From Eledone cirrhosa (Eukaryota), in the NCBI GenBank assembly GCA_964016885.1, contig OZ024743.1:243288001-243352000 (forward strand): a DNA stretch of 64,000 bases, given 5' to 3'. Below the pieces are notes generated by a model. It had not been told where the DNA came from. It ran no database searches and worked only from the letters and a program-made list of their open reading frames with translations. Position 1 is the stretch's first letter. The number at the start of each line of letters is the position of its first letter. Both the position numbers and the translations under genes were made by a program. This document shows, piece by piece, positions 15,001 to 28,632 of the stretch.

Positions 15001-18000
15001 AATATTGTAGTAGACACAGACATAAACCAACCAAAGTGGTTTAGTAATATTGTAGTAGACATAGACATAAACCAACCAAAGCGGTATAGTAATATTGTAG
15101 TAGACACAGAGATAAACCAACCAAAAATGGTATAGTAATATTGTAGTAGACACAGACATAAACCAACCAAAGTGGTTTAGTAATATTGTAGTAGACATAG
15201 ACATAAACCAACCAAAGCGGTATAGTAATATTGTAGTAGACACAGACATAAACCAACCAAAGCGGTATAGTAATATTGTAGTAGACACAGAGATAAACCA
15301 ACCAAAGCGGTATAGTAATATTGTAGTAGACACAGAGAGAAACCAACCAAAAGGGTATAGTAATATTGTAGTAGACACAGAGACAAACCAACCAAAGCTG
15401 TATAGTAATATTGTAGTAGACACAGAGATAAACCAACCAAAATGGTATAGTAATATTGTAGTAGACACAGACATAAACCAACCAAAGCGGTATAGTAATA
15501 TTGTAGTAGACACAGACATAAACCAACCAAAGTGGTATAGTAATATTGTAGTAGACACAGACATAAACCAACCAAAGCGGTATAGTAATATTGTAGTAGA
15601 CACAGAGATAAACCAACCAAAATGGTATAGTAATATTGTAGTAGACACAGACATAAACCAACCAAAATGGTATAGTAATATTGTAGTAGACACAGACATA
15701 AACCAACCAAAGTGGTATAGTAATATTGTAGTAGACACAGACATAAACCAACCAAAGCGGTATAGTAATATTGTAGTAGACACAGACATAAACCAACCAA
15801 AGCGATATAGTAATATTGTAGTAGACACAGACATAAACCAACCAAAGCGGTATAGTAATATTGTAGTAGACACAAGGCACTGTATCAACCAAAGCGGTAT
15901 AGTAATATTGTAGTAGACACAGACATAAACCAACCAAAGCGGTATAGTAATATTGTAGTAGACACAGACATAAACCAACCAAAATGGTATAGTAATATTG
16001 TAGTAGACACAGAGATAAACCAACCAAAGCGGTATAGTAATATTGTAGTAGACACAGACATAAACCAACCAAAGCGATATAGTAATATTGTAGTAGACAC
16101 AGACATAAACCAACCAAAGCGGTATAGTAATATTGTAGTAGACACAAGGCACTGTATCAACCAAAGCGGTATAGTAATATTGTAGTAGACACAGACATAA
16201 ACCAACCAAAGCGGTATAGTAATATTGTAGTAGACACAGACATAAACCAACCAAAGTGGTATAGTAATATTGTAGTAGACACAGACATAAACCAACCAAA
16301 GCGGTATAGTAATATTGTAGTAGACATAGACATAAAGCAACCAAAGCGGTATAGTAATATTGTAGTAGACACAGACATAAACCAACCAAAGCGGTATAGT
16401 AATATTGTAGTAGACACAGACATAAACCAACCAAAATGGTATAGTAATATTGTAGTAGACACAGACATAAACCAACCAAAGCGGTATAGTAATATTGTAA
16501 TAGACACAGAGATAAACCAACCAAAGCGGTATAGTAATATTGTAGTAGACACAGACATAAACCAACCAAAATGGTATAGTAATATTGTAGTAGACACAGA
16601 CATAAACCAACCAAAGCGGTATAGTAATATTGTAGTAGACACAGACATAAACCAACCAAAATGGTATAGTAATATTGTAGTAGACACAGAGATAAACCAA
16701 CCAAAGCGTTATAGTAATATTGTAGTAGACACAGAGATAAACCAACCAAAATGGTATAGTAATATTGTAGTAGACACAGACATAAACCAACCAAAGCGGT
16801 ATAGTAATATTGTAGTAGACACAGAGATAAACCAACCAAAATGGTATAGTAATATTGTAGTAGACACAGACATAAACCAACCAAAGCGGTATAGTAATAT
16901 TGTAGTAGACACAGAGATAAACCAACCAAAATGGTATAGTAATATTGTAGTAGACACAGACATAAACCAACCAAAGCGGTATAGTAATATTGTAGTAGAC
17001 ACAGACATAAACCAACCAAAGCGGTATAGTAATATTGTAGTAGACACAGACATAAACCAACCAAAATGGTTTAGTAATATTGTAGTAGACACAGACATAA
17101 ACCAACCAAAGCGGTATAGTAATATTGTAGTAGACACAGACATAAACCAACCAAAGCGGTATAGTAATATTGTAGTAGACACAGAGATAAACCAACCAAA
17201 GCGGTATAGTAATATTGTAGTAGACACAGAGATAAACCAACCAAAGCGGTATAGTAATATTGTAGTAGACACAGACATAAACCAACCAAAGTGGTATAGT
17301 AATATTGTAGTAGACACAGACATAAACCAACCAAAGTGGTATAGTAATATTTTAGTAGACACAGAGATAAACCAACCAAAGCGGTATAGTAATATTGTAG
17401 TAGACACAGACATAAACCAACCAAAGCGGTATAGTAATATTGTAGTAGACACAAGGCACTGTATCAACCAAAATGGTATAGTAATATTGTAGTAGACACA
17501 GACATAAACCAACCAAAGTGGTATAGTAATATTGTAGTAGACACAGACATAAACCAACCAAAGTGGTATAGTAATATTGTAGTAGACACAGAGATAAACC
17601 AACCAAAATGGTATAGTAATATTGTAGTAGACACAGAGATAAACCAACCAAAATGGTATAGTAATATTGTAGTAGACACAGAGATAAACCAACCAAAGCG
17701 TTATAGTAATATTGTAGTAGACACAAGGCACTGTATCAACCAAAATGGTATAGTAATATTGTAGTAGACACAGACATAAACCAACCAAAGCGGTATAGTA
17801 ATATTGTAGTAGACACAAGGCACTGTATCAACCAAAATGGTATAGTAATATTGTAGTAGACACAGACATAAACCAACCAAAGTGGTTTAGTAATATTGTA
17901 GTAGACACAGAGATAAACCAACCAAAGTGGTATAGTAATATTGTAGTAGACACAGACATAAACCAACCAAAGCGGTATAGTAATATTGTAGTAGACACAG

Positions 18001-18920
18001 ACATAAACCAACCAAAGCGGTATAGTAATATTGTAGTAGACACAAGGCACTGTATCAACCAAAGCGGTATAGTAATATTGTAGTAGACACAGACATAAAC
18101 CAACCAAAACGGTATAGTAATATTGTAGTAGACACAGACATAAACCAACCAAAGCGGTATAGTAATATTGTAGTAGACACAGACATAAACCAACCAAAAT
18201 GGTATAGTAATATTGTAGTAGACACAGACATAAACCAACCAAAGCGGTATAGTAATATTGTAGTAGACACAGACATAAACCAACCAAAGCGGTATAGTAA
18301 TATTGTAGTAGACACAAGGCACTGTATCAACCAAAGCGGTATAGTAATATTGTAGTAGACACAGACATAAACCAACCAAAACGGTATAGTAATATTGTAG
18401 TAGACACAGACATAAACCAACCAAAGCGGTATAGTAATATTGTAGTAGACACAGACATAAACCAACCAAAGCGGTATAGTAATATTGTAGTAGACACAGA
18501 CATAAACCAACCAAAACGGTATAGTAATATTGTAGTAGACACAGAGATAAACCAACCAAAATGGTATAGTAATATTGTAGTAGACACAGAGATAAACCAA
18601 CCAAAATGGTATAGTAATATTGTAGTAGACACAGACATAAACCAACCAAAGTGGTATAGTAATATTGTAGTAGACACAGACATAAACCAACCAAAGTGGT
18701 ATAGTAATATTGTAGTAGACACAAGGCACTGTATCAACCAAAATGGTTTAGTAATATTGTAGTAACCACAGCTGTACCAACCGAAATGGTTTGGTACAAT
18801 TGTGTTAGTCAAGGCACTATATCAACTGAAATGGTTTGGTACAATTATAGTAGACAAGGTGCTACATAACGAAAATGGTTTGGTTTAATTGTACTAGACA
18901 AAGTGCTGTATCAACCAAGA
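1..18920. repeat. Tandem satellite array, 45-bp core monomer (roughly 420 units), intronic in the CYB5RL-like gene
   Basis: Core consensus TATAGTAATATTGTAGTAGACACAGACATAAACCAACCAAAGCGG, with 46-bp (AAAAACGG) and 47-bp (CAAGGCACTGTATC) variants. 43-44-bp edge monomers GCTGTACCAACCAAAATGGTTTGGTATAATTGTAGTAGACACA at ~1-620 and ~18770-18920. The array reaches the left window edge. Confidence 0.99.
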
Positions 18921-19184
18921 TCTTGCAGACAAAATTTCTTATCAGCCATTGTAATTTTTTAATATAACACAAAATTAATCAATAATAAACAAACTGTAAA
19001 TGAATTTTTTTATTTTTTTTATTTCCAAAACTATTTTTGTATTATAATTAAAATGTTAAACTATTGATTTCTCATATATTGATAGAAAACCACACATTTT
19101 ATAGGCAAAGAGTATTTCTAATTGAATCAATAGCCATCACATTTAGTTTTTGTTATTGTTGTTTGGTTTTACTGTTTAGTCAAA

Positions 19185-19440
19185 GAGAGAAAGGCAGTAC
19201 CTCTGACCCTTTCCAAGGCCTCTAAGATTGGTGAGAGGGAAAGGCAGTACCTCTGGCCCCTTTCAGAGCCTCTAAAATTGGGTGACAGAGAAAGGCAGTG
19301 CCTCTGACTTTTTCCAGGACCACCAAGATCGGTGAGAGAGGCAGTAATTATGACCCTTTCTGGGGCCTCCATGACTGGTGAGAGGGAGAAACAGTAACTA
19401 TGACTCTTTACTTTTTCAGAGTCTTCAAGACTGGTGGAAG
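19185..19440. repeat. Degenerate ~50-bp minisatellite (about 5 units)
   Basis: Recurring GAGAGGGAAAGGCAGTACCTCTGACCCTTTCC...AAGATTGGT units. Confidence 0.75.
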
Positions 19441-19630
19441 GAACTAGAGCCCTGGTCCTCAATGCTTACAACAGAATAAACTCATCTAAAGGCATCCAAG
19501 AGCTCAGAGAACCAGAACATATACCATAAACTCAACTAAAGGCACCCAAGATCTATACCACAAAGCATCTTTTCTGGTACTCTAACAATTCTCTTATTCT
19601 ACTGCACCTGACTGATACTTAAAGGTTTAA

Positions 19631-19851
19631 CCCGCTAGCATTTACATTACTCTCTGTATACTATTGTATATTTGTGGTAAAGGCTCTATCTTACATAATT
19701 ATCTCACATAATATCGAATCTATGAGATTTTGATGTTATTTATTTTGAGAACAATACCTTAACATAAGTATGAGCAGCCAGTTATGGCCAGTTTGAACAG
19801 AAAGAGGTCAGAGAATTCTGGCCGGATACAGCCAGTTTAAATACTAAAGGG
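19631..19851. mobile_element. piggyBac-type MITE, copy 1
   Basis: TTAA|CCCGCTAGCATTTA ... TAAATACTAAAGGG|TTAG; body matches four other copies. Confidence 0.8.
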
Positions 19852-20223
19852 TTAGAATAAGTGCTTCACTGCAATATTACTAACTCTTTAAAAAACTCAA
19901 TTCAGCAAGCTATAAATATGTGCATTAGTGTGGTATAACTCTTAAAGTAGGAAAAGTGATGTAACAGAGATCATGTAGTAATGGTGGTGAGTAGTCAAGA
20001 TTATCTAGTAAAGATCATATGGCAGAGGTTGTGTAGAAAACATCATGGAGCATACATCGTAAAGGTGACAATGATTCTGTAGCAAATGTAACAAAAGTGG
20101 TGTAGATGACAATAATTGTTTCTACTTTTGGCACAAGGCCAGCAATTATCCAGTACATTACTGGTACTTTATTTTATCGACCCCGAAATGTAGATGACAA
20201 TAATGATGAAATATTTAACTTAC

Positions 20224-20311
20224 CTTGATGAGAAGATCAAAATAACCAGGTGTTTCCATATCATTAATTGGTGTATAGTGACGAAATATCTCTTCACCTT
20301 GTACAGAAGCC
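20224..20311 (-). CDS. CYB5RL: CYB5RL-like coding exon (FAD-binding domain, RxYTP motif)
   Basis: ttttaag|G GCT...ATC AAG|gtaagt; 88 nt encoding (R)ASVQGEEIFRHYTPINDMETPGYFDLLIK. RxYTP...G.F.L.IK is the cytochrome b5 reductase FAD-binding signature. The phase-2 start matches the upstream exon. Confidence 0.92.
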
Positions 20312-20964
20312 CTTAAAATAATATTTCAGAAGTAAGTAAAAGTTCCCCATAAACTAGAGTAACAACAAACATGCATTTTAAGGTAATCCCAGCTAAAATA
20401 AAGGTTAACCTTGCAAGCTCCACGAGAAGCTTCTCTATTTTGCCCTATTCTCTGCAACCCTCTCATCAACCTCCTTGCTTTTATTTCCTCTGTGTATATC
20501 AAGTTTAGAATAGTACACTATATCTCTGCATGTCAGAAGAGAGGACTAAAAGAGTTGGCACCAGGAAGGGCATCTGGCTGTAAAACATTGCCTCAAAAAG
20601 TACTTTATGATGAATGTAATAACTATAGAATAGAATATTGTATTTTTTTATAATTGATAATAAATTTTAGTATTCAACATATGGCCCCTTGGATCATAGT
20701 TCCAGTCTTAATAATAGACAAATCAGTGTTCAATATCAATGTTATTACTCAGGGAATGATGTTAAAAATAATGAAGAAAAAAGCACACCAAACTCTGTAA
20801 CATTTGCTTCTATAATTTTCTGAAATATCTAAGTTATATTTGCATTGAATCACAGACATAACATTTTAACATACTTGGTACCAACCCGTCCATAACTGGC
20901 TCTGGTTATATGAAACAAAATCATCAATTTTAAAGGATTCCTATTTAAATTACAATCTTCTTTG

Positions 20965-21335
20965 CCCTCTTATTTCTGAGAGGGTCATGGGGACAGAGTC
21001 CTCAAACACTCTTTCCAGCAGGTCTTGTCAGAAGCAAATGTCTCTAACTGATCTGGCTGGATTCTCAAGCGAGACCAGCTGAGCTCATGGATGTTATCCA
21101 ACCATCTTGCTCAGAGTCTACTCCTATGTCTCCTGCCAGTTGGTTTTGCCCATAAAACCTGTCCAACAATTCTTTTGTGAGACATTCTAACCACATGCCT
21201 ATAGTATTGGAGCTGTGATCTCTCAATTTGGAGAAATAGTGGCTCTACCTGGAGTGACTCTCTGATCTCCAAGCTACACACTCAATTGACTAACATTACT
21301 CCAAAGACCATTTGGAGGAACCCCATTTCTGCCAC
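20965..21335 (-). mobile_element. Decayed 3' end of a second RTE-like LINE family
   Basis: Minus strand reads like ...Y.HVVRMSH.RIVGQVLWAKPTGRR..; homologous to 38440-38705 (+). Confidence 0.65.
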
Positions 21336-21854
21336 ATGTATTTGCAATCGTATTCTTTCAGTCATTACCCAAGATTCATGACCATGGGTAATTTTGGAAA
21401 TATACATGTGTTATTGGAGCAAATATTTTGTAGTAGCAGGATGGTGTCTAGTCAGAAACTGCTTACACCAACTCAAACAATTGTTGTAAATAATCTTATC
21501 CCTGATATTTCATACACTGTCCATTCTCTTCCCTTAAATTATTTTACTTTTCTCTTGCTGTTAGTACTGAAATGATTTCTATCTTTTTTTTTTATTATTC
21601 TTGGTAAAATTGCTTTGAGTTGGAGTTTGTTTTGGTCGTTATAACTATTATTATTATTGAATTTTACAACATTAAGATTGTATTAAACCGGTCAATATGA
21701 CTCTTTATCAGGCTATTGAAATCTTAAAGAGACCTTCTAGCTCTTGTTCATCAGTTAGTTGACAGTACTTTTCAGATTATATGAACAGTACCTAGAAGCA
21801 CAGTGTATTTATTTCATACACAATATCAAGCATTTCATTATTATTGTAATTGGT

Positions 21855-22080
21855 AGGGAGGCGGATTGGCAGCATCGCTTTGCAGCAGAGAGTTATGGCC
21901 CTTTACGTTCTGAGTTCAAATCTCACTGAGGTTAGTTTTGCCTTTCATCCTTACAGGCTCAATAAAATAAACTGGGGTGGATTTAATTGACTTTATCCCA
22001 AATTTTCTGGCCTTGTGCATAAATAAGAAACCGTTATTACCCTGGTCGTGGCCTTGTGCCAAAAGTAGAAACAATTATTA
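21855..22080 (+). mobile_element. SINE with Deu/Nin-like central box
   Basis: B-box-like GAGTTCAAATC, then GCCTTTCATCC...AATAAAATAA and tail CTGGCCTTGTGCCAAAAGTAGAAAC. Related pieces at ~20115(-), 23340(+), 38825(+), 47880(-), 55640(+), 61290(-). Confidence 0.7.
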
Positions 22081-22918
22081 TCCTGGTTTATAAAAGAGGT
22101 ACACTTTGTTCCCACATGTCATAAGAGGTAACTAAAAGGAATGGCATGAAGAAAATCATTTGGCTATAAAACACTGCCTCAAAAAATCCTGACTAACCCA
22201 TGCCAGCATAGAAAACTGCCATAAAGTTGATGGTTATTATTATTGTTATATATCTAAAATTCCCCGCTTGTGCATGTTTGAGCCACCAGTTGCATAGTCC
22301 AAACTAAACATTGACTGCACTAAACTCCTTCTAAATTATAATGGTAGTTATTTTCTTCCTTCTCAAACAAACATATATCAAACAAGCATATATCTACATT
22401 GTAAGAAGGAACTTTGAAGAAAAGCTCTTTATTATATTTTGGAAAAACAAAAAAGTTCAAATCCCGCCAAGCTCAACTTTGCTTTTCATTCTTCCAGGGA
22501 TGATAAAATTAAGTATCAGTTAAGTGTGGCTTAGTGCTTAGAGAGTTGGATTTACAGTCTCTTGATTGTGAGTTTGATTCCCAGACCAAGCAATGTGTTA
22601 TTTCTTGAGTAGACACTTTATTTCACATTGTTCCTTTTGCCAAGAGTTGCAATGGAATGACCAATGGAAACATTGTTTCCTTGGTCTCATCTGATGAGAT
22701 CCACCCCACTTTGTAAATGAATGAAGTCTGGGACCTTGTCAATTCAATTCAAACTGCTAGGATCAATATAATCAACATTCCCCCTCTCCTCGAAATTGCT
22801 GGTCCTGTGCCTAAATTAGAAACCATTAAATTTTGAAAAAAAAAAATCATTAATGAAACAAATATTTGTTTGTTTGGTAATATTTTATGTAAAAGATAAG
22901 AAATGAAAAACAATGTAC

Positions 22919-23052
22919 CTGAGAGTAACATGCTGCCCTAGATTGATATTAAGGGAATGCTCAGTAGGTGCCCAGAAACGGTAGCAGAAACTGTCCTTTG
23001 TCACCTGTTGAATGTTCTTCAGAACAAATGGTTTGTATGTAACTGGCGAAAG
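22919..23052 (-). CDS. CYB5RL: CYB5RL-like coding exon (start of FAD-binding domain, GQH motif)
   Basis: Polypyrimidine tract then ttccag|CTT...CTC AG|gtacat; 134 nt encoding LSPVTYKPFVLKNIQQVTKDSFCYRFWAPTEHSLNINLGQHVTL(R); phase 0 in, phase 2 out. Confidence 0.92.
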
Positions 23053-23700
23053 CTGGAAATTGAAGAAAAGAAAAAATTAAGTGACTACGGAGAAAGATAT
23101 TCATTTATTATACTATACTCCAGCATATATCTACAGATTTTAGTCAAAACTGTAATAGATAGATGTAAACACATTGTCTTTATATACAATATCTTTGTGG
23201 ATATAAAGGGGAGACAAATCAAACTAATTTCAATCCTGCGTTGGGATTTTCAGAGACTGATGTTCATGTTTAAGTGTCTACACAGAAACTGTTTATAAAC
23301 CTAAAATTACTTAAATCATTAGTTACTGCAGGTTTAGACAGTGGATTGGCAGAGTTATTAGAATGTCGGATAGAATGTTGTGTGGCATTTGTTCCAGCTC
23401 TGTGTTCTGAGTTTAAAACCTGCTGAGGTCAACTTTACCTTTCATCCTTTTGAGGTAGATAAAAACCAAAGTACCAGTCCAGGACTGGGGTTGATTCTGC
23501 CTCTATATCTCTTTCTCACTTCATCTCTCACACTCTCTTTTTGGTTCCATCTTGGCTATGTTCAGACCTGGAGAGGGACAGGTTCTTCCAGGTTTAAAGT
23601 GCCCAAGACTTGTCACTACAGTGTCCCAACTCCATCAGGATTGAAACTAGTTTGATTTGTCTCCCTTTTCTGTCCTTGAATCAGACATCTACATTTTATA

Positions 23701-23872
23701 TACCATATCTCCCAGCACCAAAGACTCTTCGTCCTCGAAGACGCACCCTAATTTTGACAACCAAAAATTTGAAAAAAAATAATAAACAACCTTCGGTCTC
23801 CAGAATGCATGGTAGATTTTAGAGACTTATTTTAGGAAAAAAGTAGCGTCTTCGACACCGGAAAATATGGTA
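23701..23872. mobile_element. Small Tc1/mariner/pogo-type MITE remnant
   Basis: TA|CCATATCTCCC ... CCGGAAAATATGG|TA terminal inverted repeats. Confidence 0.6.
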
Positions 23873-24163
23873 ATCTCTCTCATTGTACCAACTGAGATGA
23901 CCTTCAACTCTTGATTACTGAAACATCATACTAAACTACATTATAATTAGAAATCAGGACATTCATTATTTTCTATCCTATAACCCATAAATGTAAAATT
24001 CATTACCCATCTCTTACCATTATGTTATAAGGTTAATAATATGCACCATATTTCATGTTTTCGACTATTCCTTAGAAACTGCAAACCAGCTTACACTGAC
24101 TAACTATTACACCAAAATCCTATGTAAATATTTAAATTTTAGTTAGCCTTAATATTCTATTAA

Positions 24164-24379
24164 CCCTTTAGCATTTACATTACTCTATATTTACTATTGT
24201 ATTTTCACAGTAAAGGCTTTATCTTACATAATTATCTCACATAATATCAAATCTACTAGATTTTTTGTTATTTTGAGAACTATACCTTAATGTAGATATG
24301 AGCAGTCAGTTATAGTCGGTTTGAACAGAAAGAGGTGAGAGAATCCCGGCCAGATACAACCGGTTTAAATGTTAAAGGG
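24164..24379. mobile_element. piggyBac-type MITE, copy 2
   Basis: TTAA|CCCTTTAGCATTTA ... TAAATGTTAAAGGG|TTAA. Confidence 0.85.
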
Positions 24380-25929
24380 TTAACATCTCTCTAAATTAAC
24401 ATCCTCCCCAGTAAATCAAAATAACTTTCTTTATAAATTCTGCCACAGCTCAACAAAACCTCTCCTCTATACATATAACTCCACTAGTACATGTAACTTA
24501 CCACAATCTTGCAAAACCTCTCCTCTATTCATACTAACTCCATTAGTATATAACTGCCCATAGACCAACAAAACCTCCTCCTATTCATATTACCTCCCCT
24601 TCCATACCTCGCCTCTTTTCTACTAGTATATATCTGACCACATTTCAAAGATTTACAAGCTAATTTTTTATTATTAGCACTTATTAGTTGAGACAAACAA
24701 CTCATTATTATAATACACGCAATAAACTTGATAATTTTTTCTTCTATTCATACATACACACATAAGTTGAGACCATCCTAATATAATTGCATTACATCCA
24801 AAAATATTTAATGACATACATATTATTTCATAATTGACTCAACATTTAAATAACTTACCTTTAAATTATCACTTTATAATTATATTAGAACTAACTTATA
24901 CTTTTACATTATACTTACAAATACAATTTTAGGTTTCTAATTTAACATCCCTTCAGCAATTCTATATCAATTCTCCTAATTATCACTTATAATATGAATG
25001 GTTTTCTTTATCCAGTAAACATTAATAGCAATATAGATATAATTGCAATATACTAATATAGATATAATTACACTCACAACCATTACCTTATTTACTTCCG
25101 TTATTTTAAATTATGTTTTTACAATAATGCATTTCTCTGGTTACTGTATCTTTGTAATATTGAAAGTATACATCTTACGCATATATTTCTTATAATAGAG
25201 TCATTAGAATGATGGTATCTGGTCTGATTCTGTGCAGTCTGAGTCCAAATCCCACCTTCAGTTTTGTCAGTTGTGACTAGCCAACAGAATCAGCAATGGA
25301 ATGACCAATGGAAACATTGTTTCCTTGGTCCAATCTGACAATCAGCCCCTTTCCTTTTCTCTATTTCATAAAAAGACAAACTTACTTCATCATGATAGCT
25401 CATCATATTTTTAGTATGTCTTCATGTACTTAATATTATACTCCCTATGTATGGCTGGTGCACCCAGTACACTCTGTAAAGTGGTAGCACAAGTCCCATG
25501 CTAAATTGCACCCTGTACACTTTATATAGTGGTAGTACTGGAGCCATGATTAAATGTACCCAGTAGTCATTGTAAAGTGGTTAGCATTAGGAAGAGCATC
25601 CAGTCATAGAAGGCATGCCAAAATATGGAATGCACAAGGAAAACATTGTTTCATTGACTTATCTAGTCTCAGATGGTGATATATCATCCAACCCATGCTA
25701 ACCTAAAAAGTGGACATGAAATGATAGTGATAAAATGATGATCATACATCATTATCATCATCGTTTAATGTCCATTTTCCATGCTAGCATATACATATTT
25801 TAAAATTCCACTTACACACAACTTAGTAAATTGACACCACCACTGCCACATCATCATCATTTAATGTTGGTTTTCCCTACTAGCAAGGGTTCAACTTAAC
25901 ACACAGATAGGGGAATGTAGCATTCCATA

Positions 25930-26195
25930 ATCATCATCATCATCATCATTTTACGTCCACTTTTCCCTGCTTGCAAGGGTGGGACGGGAACTGATTCTGG
26001 CTTGATTTCTACAGCTGGATGCCCTTCCTAACACCAACCTCATTTACAGTGAGTGCTGGGTGCTTTTTTGCCGTGGCACCTCCACGACCACTTTACAGTG
26101 GAATGATATGGACCCCAGTCCCTATCATCTCATTTCTACAGCTGAGTAAACTGGAGCAATGTGAAATAAAGTGTCTTGCTCAAGGAAACAACACA
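25930..26195 (-). mobile_element. 5'-truncated SINE with RTE-derived 3' tail
   Basis: Reverse complement of the SINE at 51332-51675; (CAT)n on + equals a (GAT)n tail. Confidence 0.8.
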
Positions 26196-26339
26196 ACACA
26201 AATCAAAATTGGTAAACAGGGTTTAGAAAAGATTTCCACATAGACTTGCATCATATTTTTTTCTGAATCAGGTTACAGTAATTTTAATTCTTTTAACCTG
26301 ACTCATACTATTAATATGTCCTCCATTATCTATCTATCT

Positions 26340-27730
26340 ACGACAAGCAGACAGATTCGCTGAGCATCTCCAGGACATCTGGCTCAGCAACCAGTCTCTG
26401 GATACTTAACATTTCTGTCCGCCAAACACTCCTCCCACCACCTCACAGTTTTTGGCCTCGTTGCTTACTCCAAATTTTTTTTTCTCTCCAAACTTTTAGT
26501 GGACACGGCCTAAATGCCCCACCCCTTTTCCTTTAGCATGCTCTTTCCCCACACACACCTACCATCCACTCTCACACCCACTCACATGTATACTTAGGCA
26601 AACTAACACTCGTAGATATGAAAAAAACGCACCAACACAATTAATTACACTAATATGTCTATAGATAGACATTTTAATTTACTAACGTTACTAATTAACT
26701 AATTAATTATACTAACAGACTACTCTCATACCAACATATATACTCCACTCCCAACATCCTCCACTATGCATACAAAGACATGCCAACATGATTATAGAGA
26801 AATGTACAACAGAATTTTCCTAACATTACTAATTAACTAACTAATCATATACATAACTAACCACATTACAGCATTAATGCTACACTCCTTTACTACCAGT
26901 ATACACACACCATCACAAAATAGGCACAACAGATCTCCCTCACAGTGACTTTGTAACACTACACCACCTCCTCATTCACCACACCTTCACTCCATACTAC
27001 TTCTGTTCTTTGTGTGCCACACTCATCCAACCCTCCTCTGGCCACTTCCTGAAATAGCCCAGCTTTGACCACTGCACACTATTCTTTCCCACAAGCTGTG
27101 ACTTGAAGCCCTGGATTTTACAACACACTGATACAATCATACAAGCTTATGCACACACATTCATATACATACACTAATAACTACCTAAACTCACCCAAAC
27201 ACACTAATATGTACACACATGCACACATAAAAGTACATTAAAAATTCACAGACAAACACACACAAACGTGTACACACAGACACACAAAAATATATAAAAA
27301 ATTCTGACATTCACATATGTATACACACGCGTACACACCCATACAAACATACACACACAAAGTCATACACTCATACCCAAACCAGTACATAAAAAATTCA
27401 TAGACACACGCAGATACACACACTTCTATTAATGATACACAAAAACACTAACGTACACCTATGAAATGCACACACATGTGTAACAACACCCATGACACAC
27501 CTGGACTCTCCACCTCGCCCCCCACCTCCGCCACACACTGTACTATTCACCTACCCTTCCCAGGCTTCTTAATTTTTTTCCCCAAAACTGCTCTCACTCT
27601 CTCTGAACTTTTCTATTTCTTGGAGAAGGACTGATGTCTGATACATTGAAACATTCATTTACTTCTTCCCAAGCATGAATCTAATAAGACTTTGTTTTTG
27701 CATGCCTGTGTTTGTCTTGTTTATTTTTAA
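26340..27730 (+). mobile_element. Decayed 3' portion of a Penelope-like element (GIY-YIG C-terminus, long UTR, hammerhead-like motif)
   Basis: ADRFAEHLQDI...HF remnant at ~26358; GGCCACTTCCTGAAATAGCCCAGCTTTGACC shared in inverted orientation with ~50250; degenerate hammerhead-like motif at 27616-27651. Confidence 0.55.
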
Positions 27731-28632
27731 ACTTATACACACACACACGCACACACACACATATATAATCATCATCATCGTTTAACGTCTATCTTCCACG
27801 CTATCATGGGTTTAAATATATATACCTAGCTAAAAGTAAGCCACTCTACTTGGCATTTGTCGACCTTGAGAAAGCCTTTGACAGAGTTCCACGTGCAGTA
27901 ATCTGGTGGGCTCTTAGAAAACTAGGAGTAGATGAATGGCTTGTGAAAGCGGTACAAGCCATGTATAGGGGAGCAGTCAGCAAAGTTAGGATTGGCAATG
28001 AGTATAGCGAGGAATTTAGCGTACAGGTTGGGGTCCACCAGGGCTCTGTTCTTAGCCCTCTCCTGTTCATCATAGTCCTGCAGGCAATAACGGAGGAGTT
28101 TAAGACCGGATGCCCATGGGAACTCCTGTATGCTGATGACCTCGCACTCATAGCTGAATCTATGTTTTTGCATGCCTGTGTTTGTCTTGTTTATTTTTAA
28201 ACTTATACACACACACACGCACACACACACATATATAATCATCATCATCGTTTAACGTCTATCTTCCACGCTATCATGGGTTTAAATATATATACCTAGC
28301 TAAAAGTAAGCCACTCTACTTGGCATTTGTCGACCTTGAGAAAGCCTTTGACAGAGTTCCACGTGCAGTAATCTGGTGGGCTCTTAGAAAACTAGGAGTA
28401 GATGAATGGCTTGTGAAAGCGGTACAAGCCATGTATAGGGGAGCAGTCAGCAAAGTTAGGATTGGCAATGAGTATAGCGAGGAATTTAGCGTACAGGTTG
28501 GGGTCCACCAGGGCTCTGTTCTTAGCCCTCTCCTGTTCATCATAGTCCTGCAGGCAATAACGGAGGAGTTTAAGACCGGATGCCCATGGGAACTCCTGTA
28601 TGCTGATGACCTCGCACTCATAGCTGAATCTA
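27693..28632 (+). repeat. Apparently exact 470-bp tandem duplication spanning the 5' junction of an RTE
   Basis: 27693-28162 matches 28163-28632; ORFs at 27850 and 28320 are offset by 470; TG microhomology at the junction. Confidence 0.95.

Noticed and set aside
620-18760. CRISPR-like constant/variable alternation
   Set aside because: The variable parts are single-base variants of one sequence, not unique spacers. There are no cas genes and the context is eukaryotic.
85-18812. Very long minus-strand ORFs (up to 1245 aa) of repetitive hydrophobic peptides
   Set aside because: They result from a 45-bp monomer that lacks stops on one strand. All three frames are open and frames switch at 46/47-bp variants, so no frame is being conserved.
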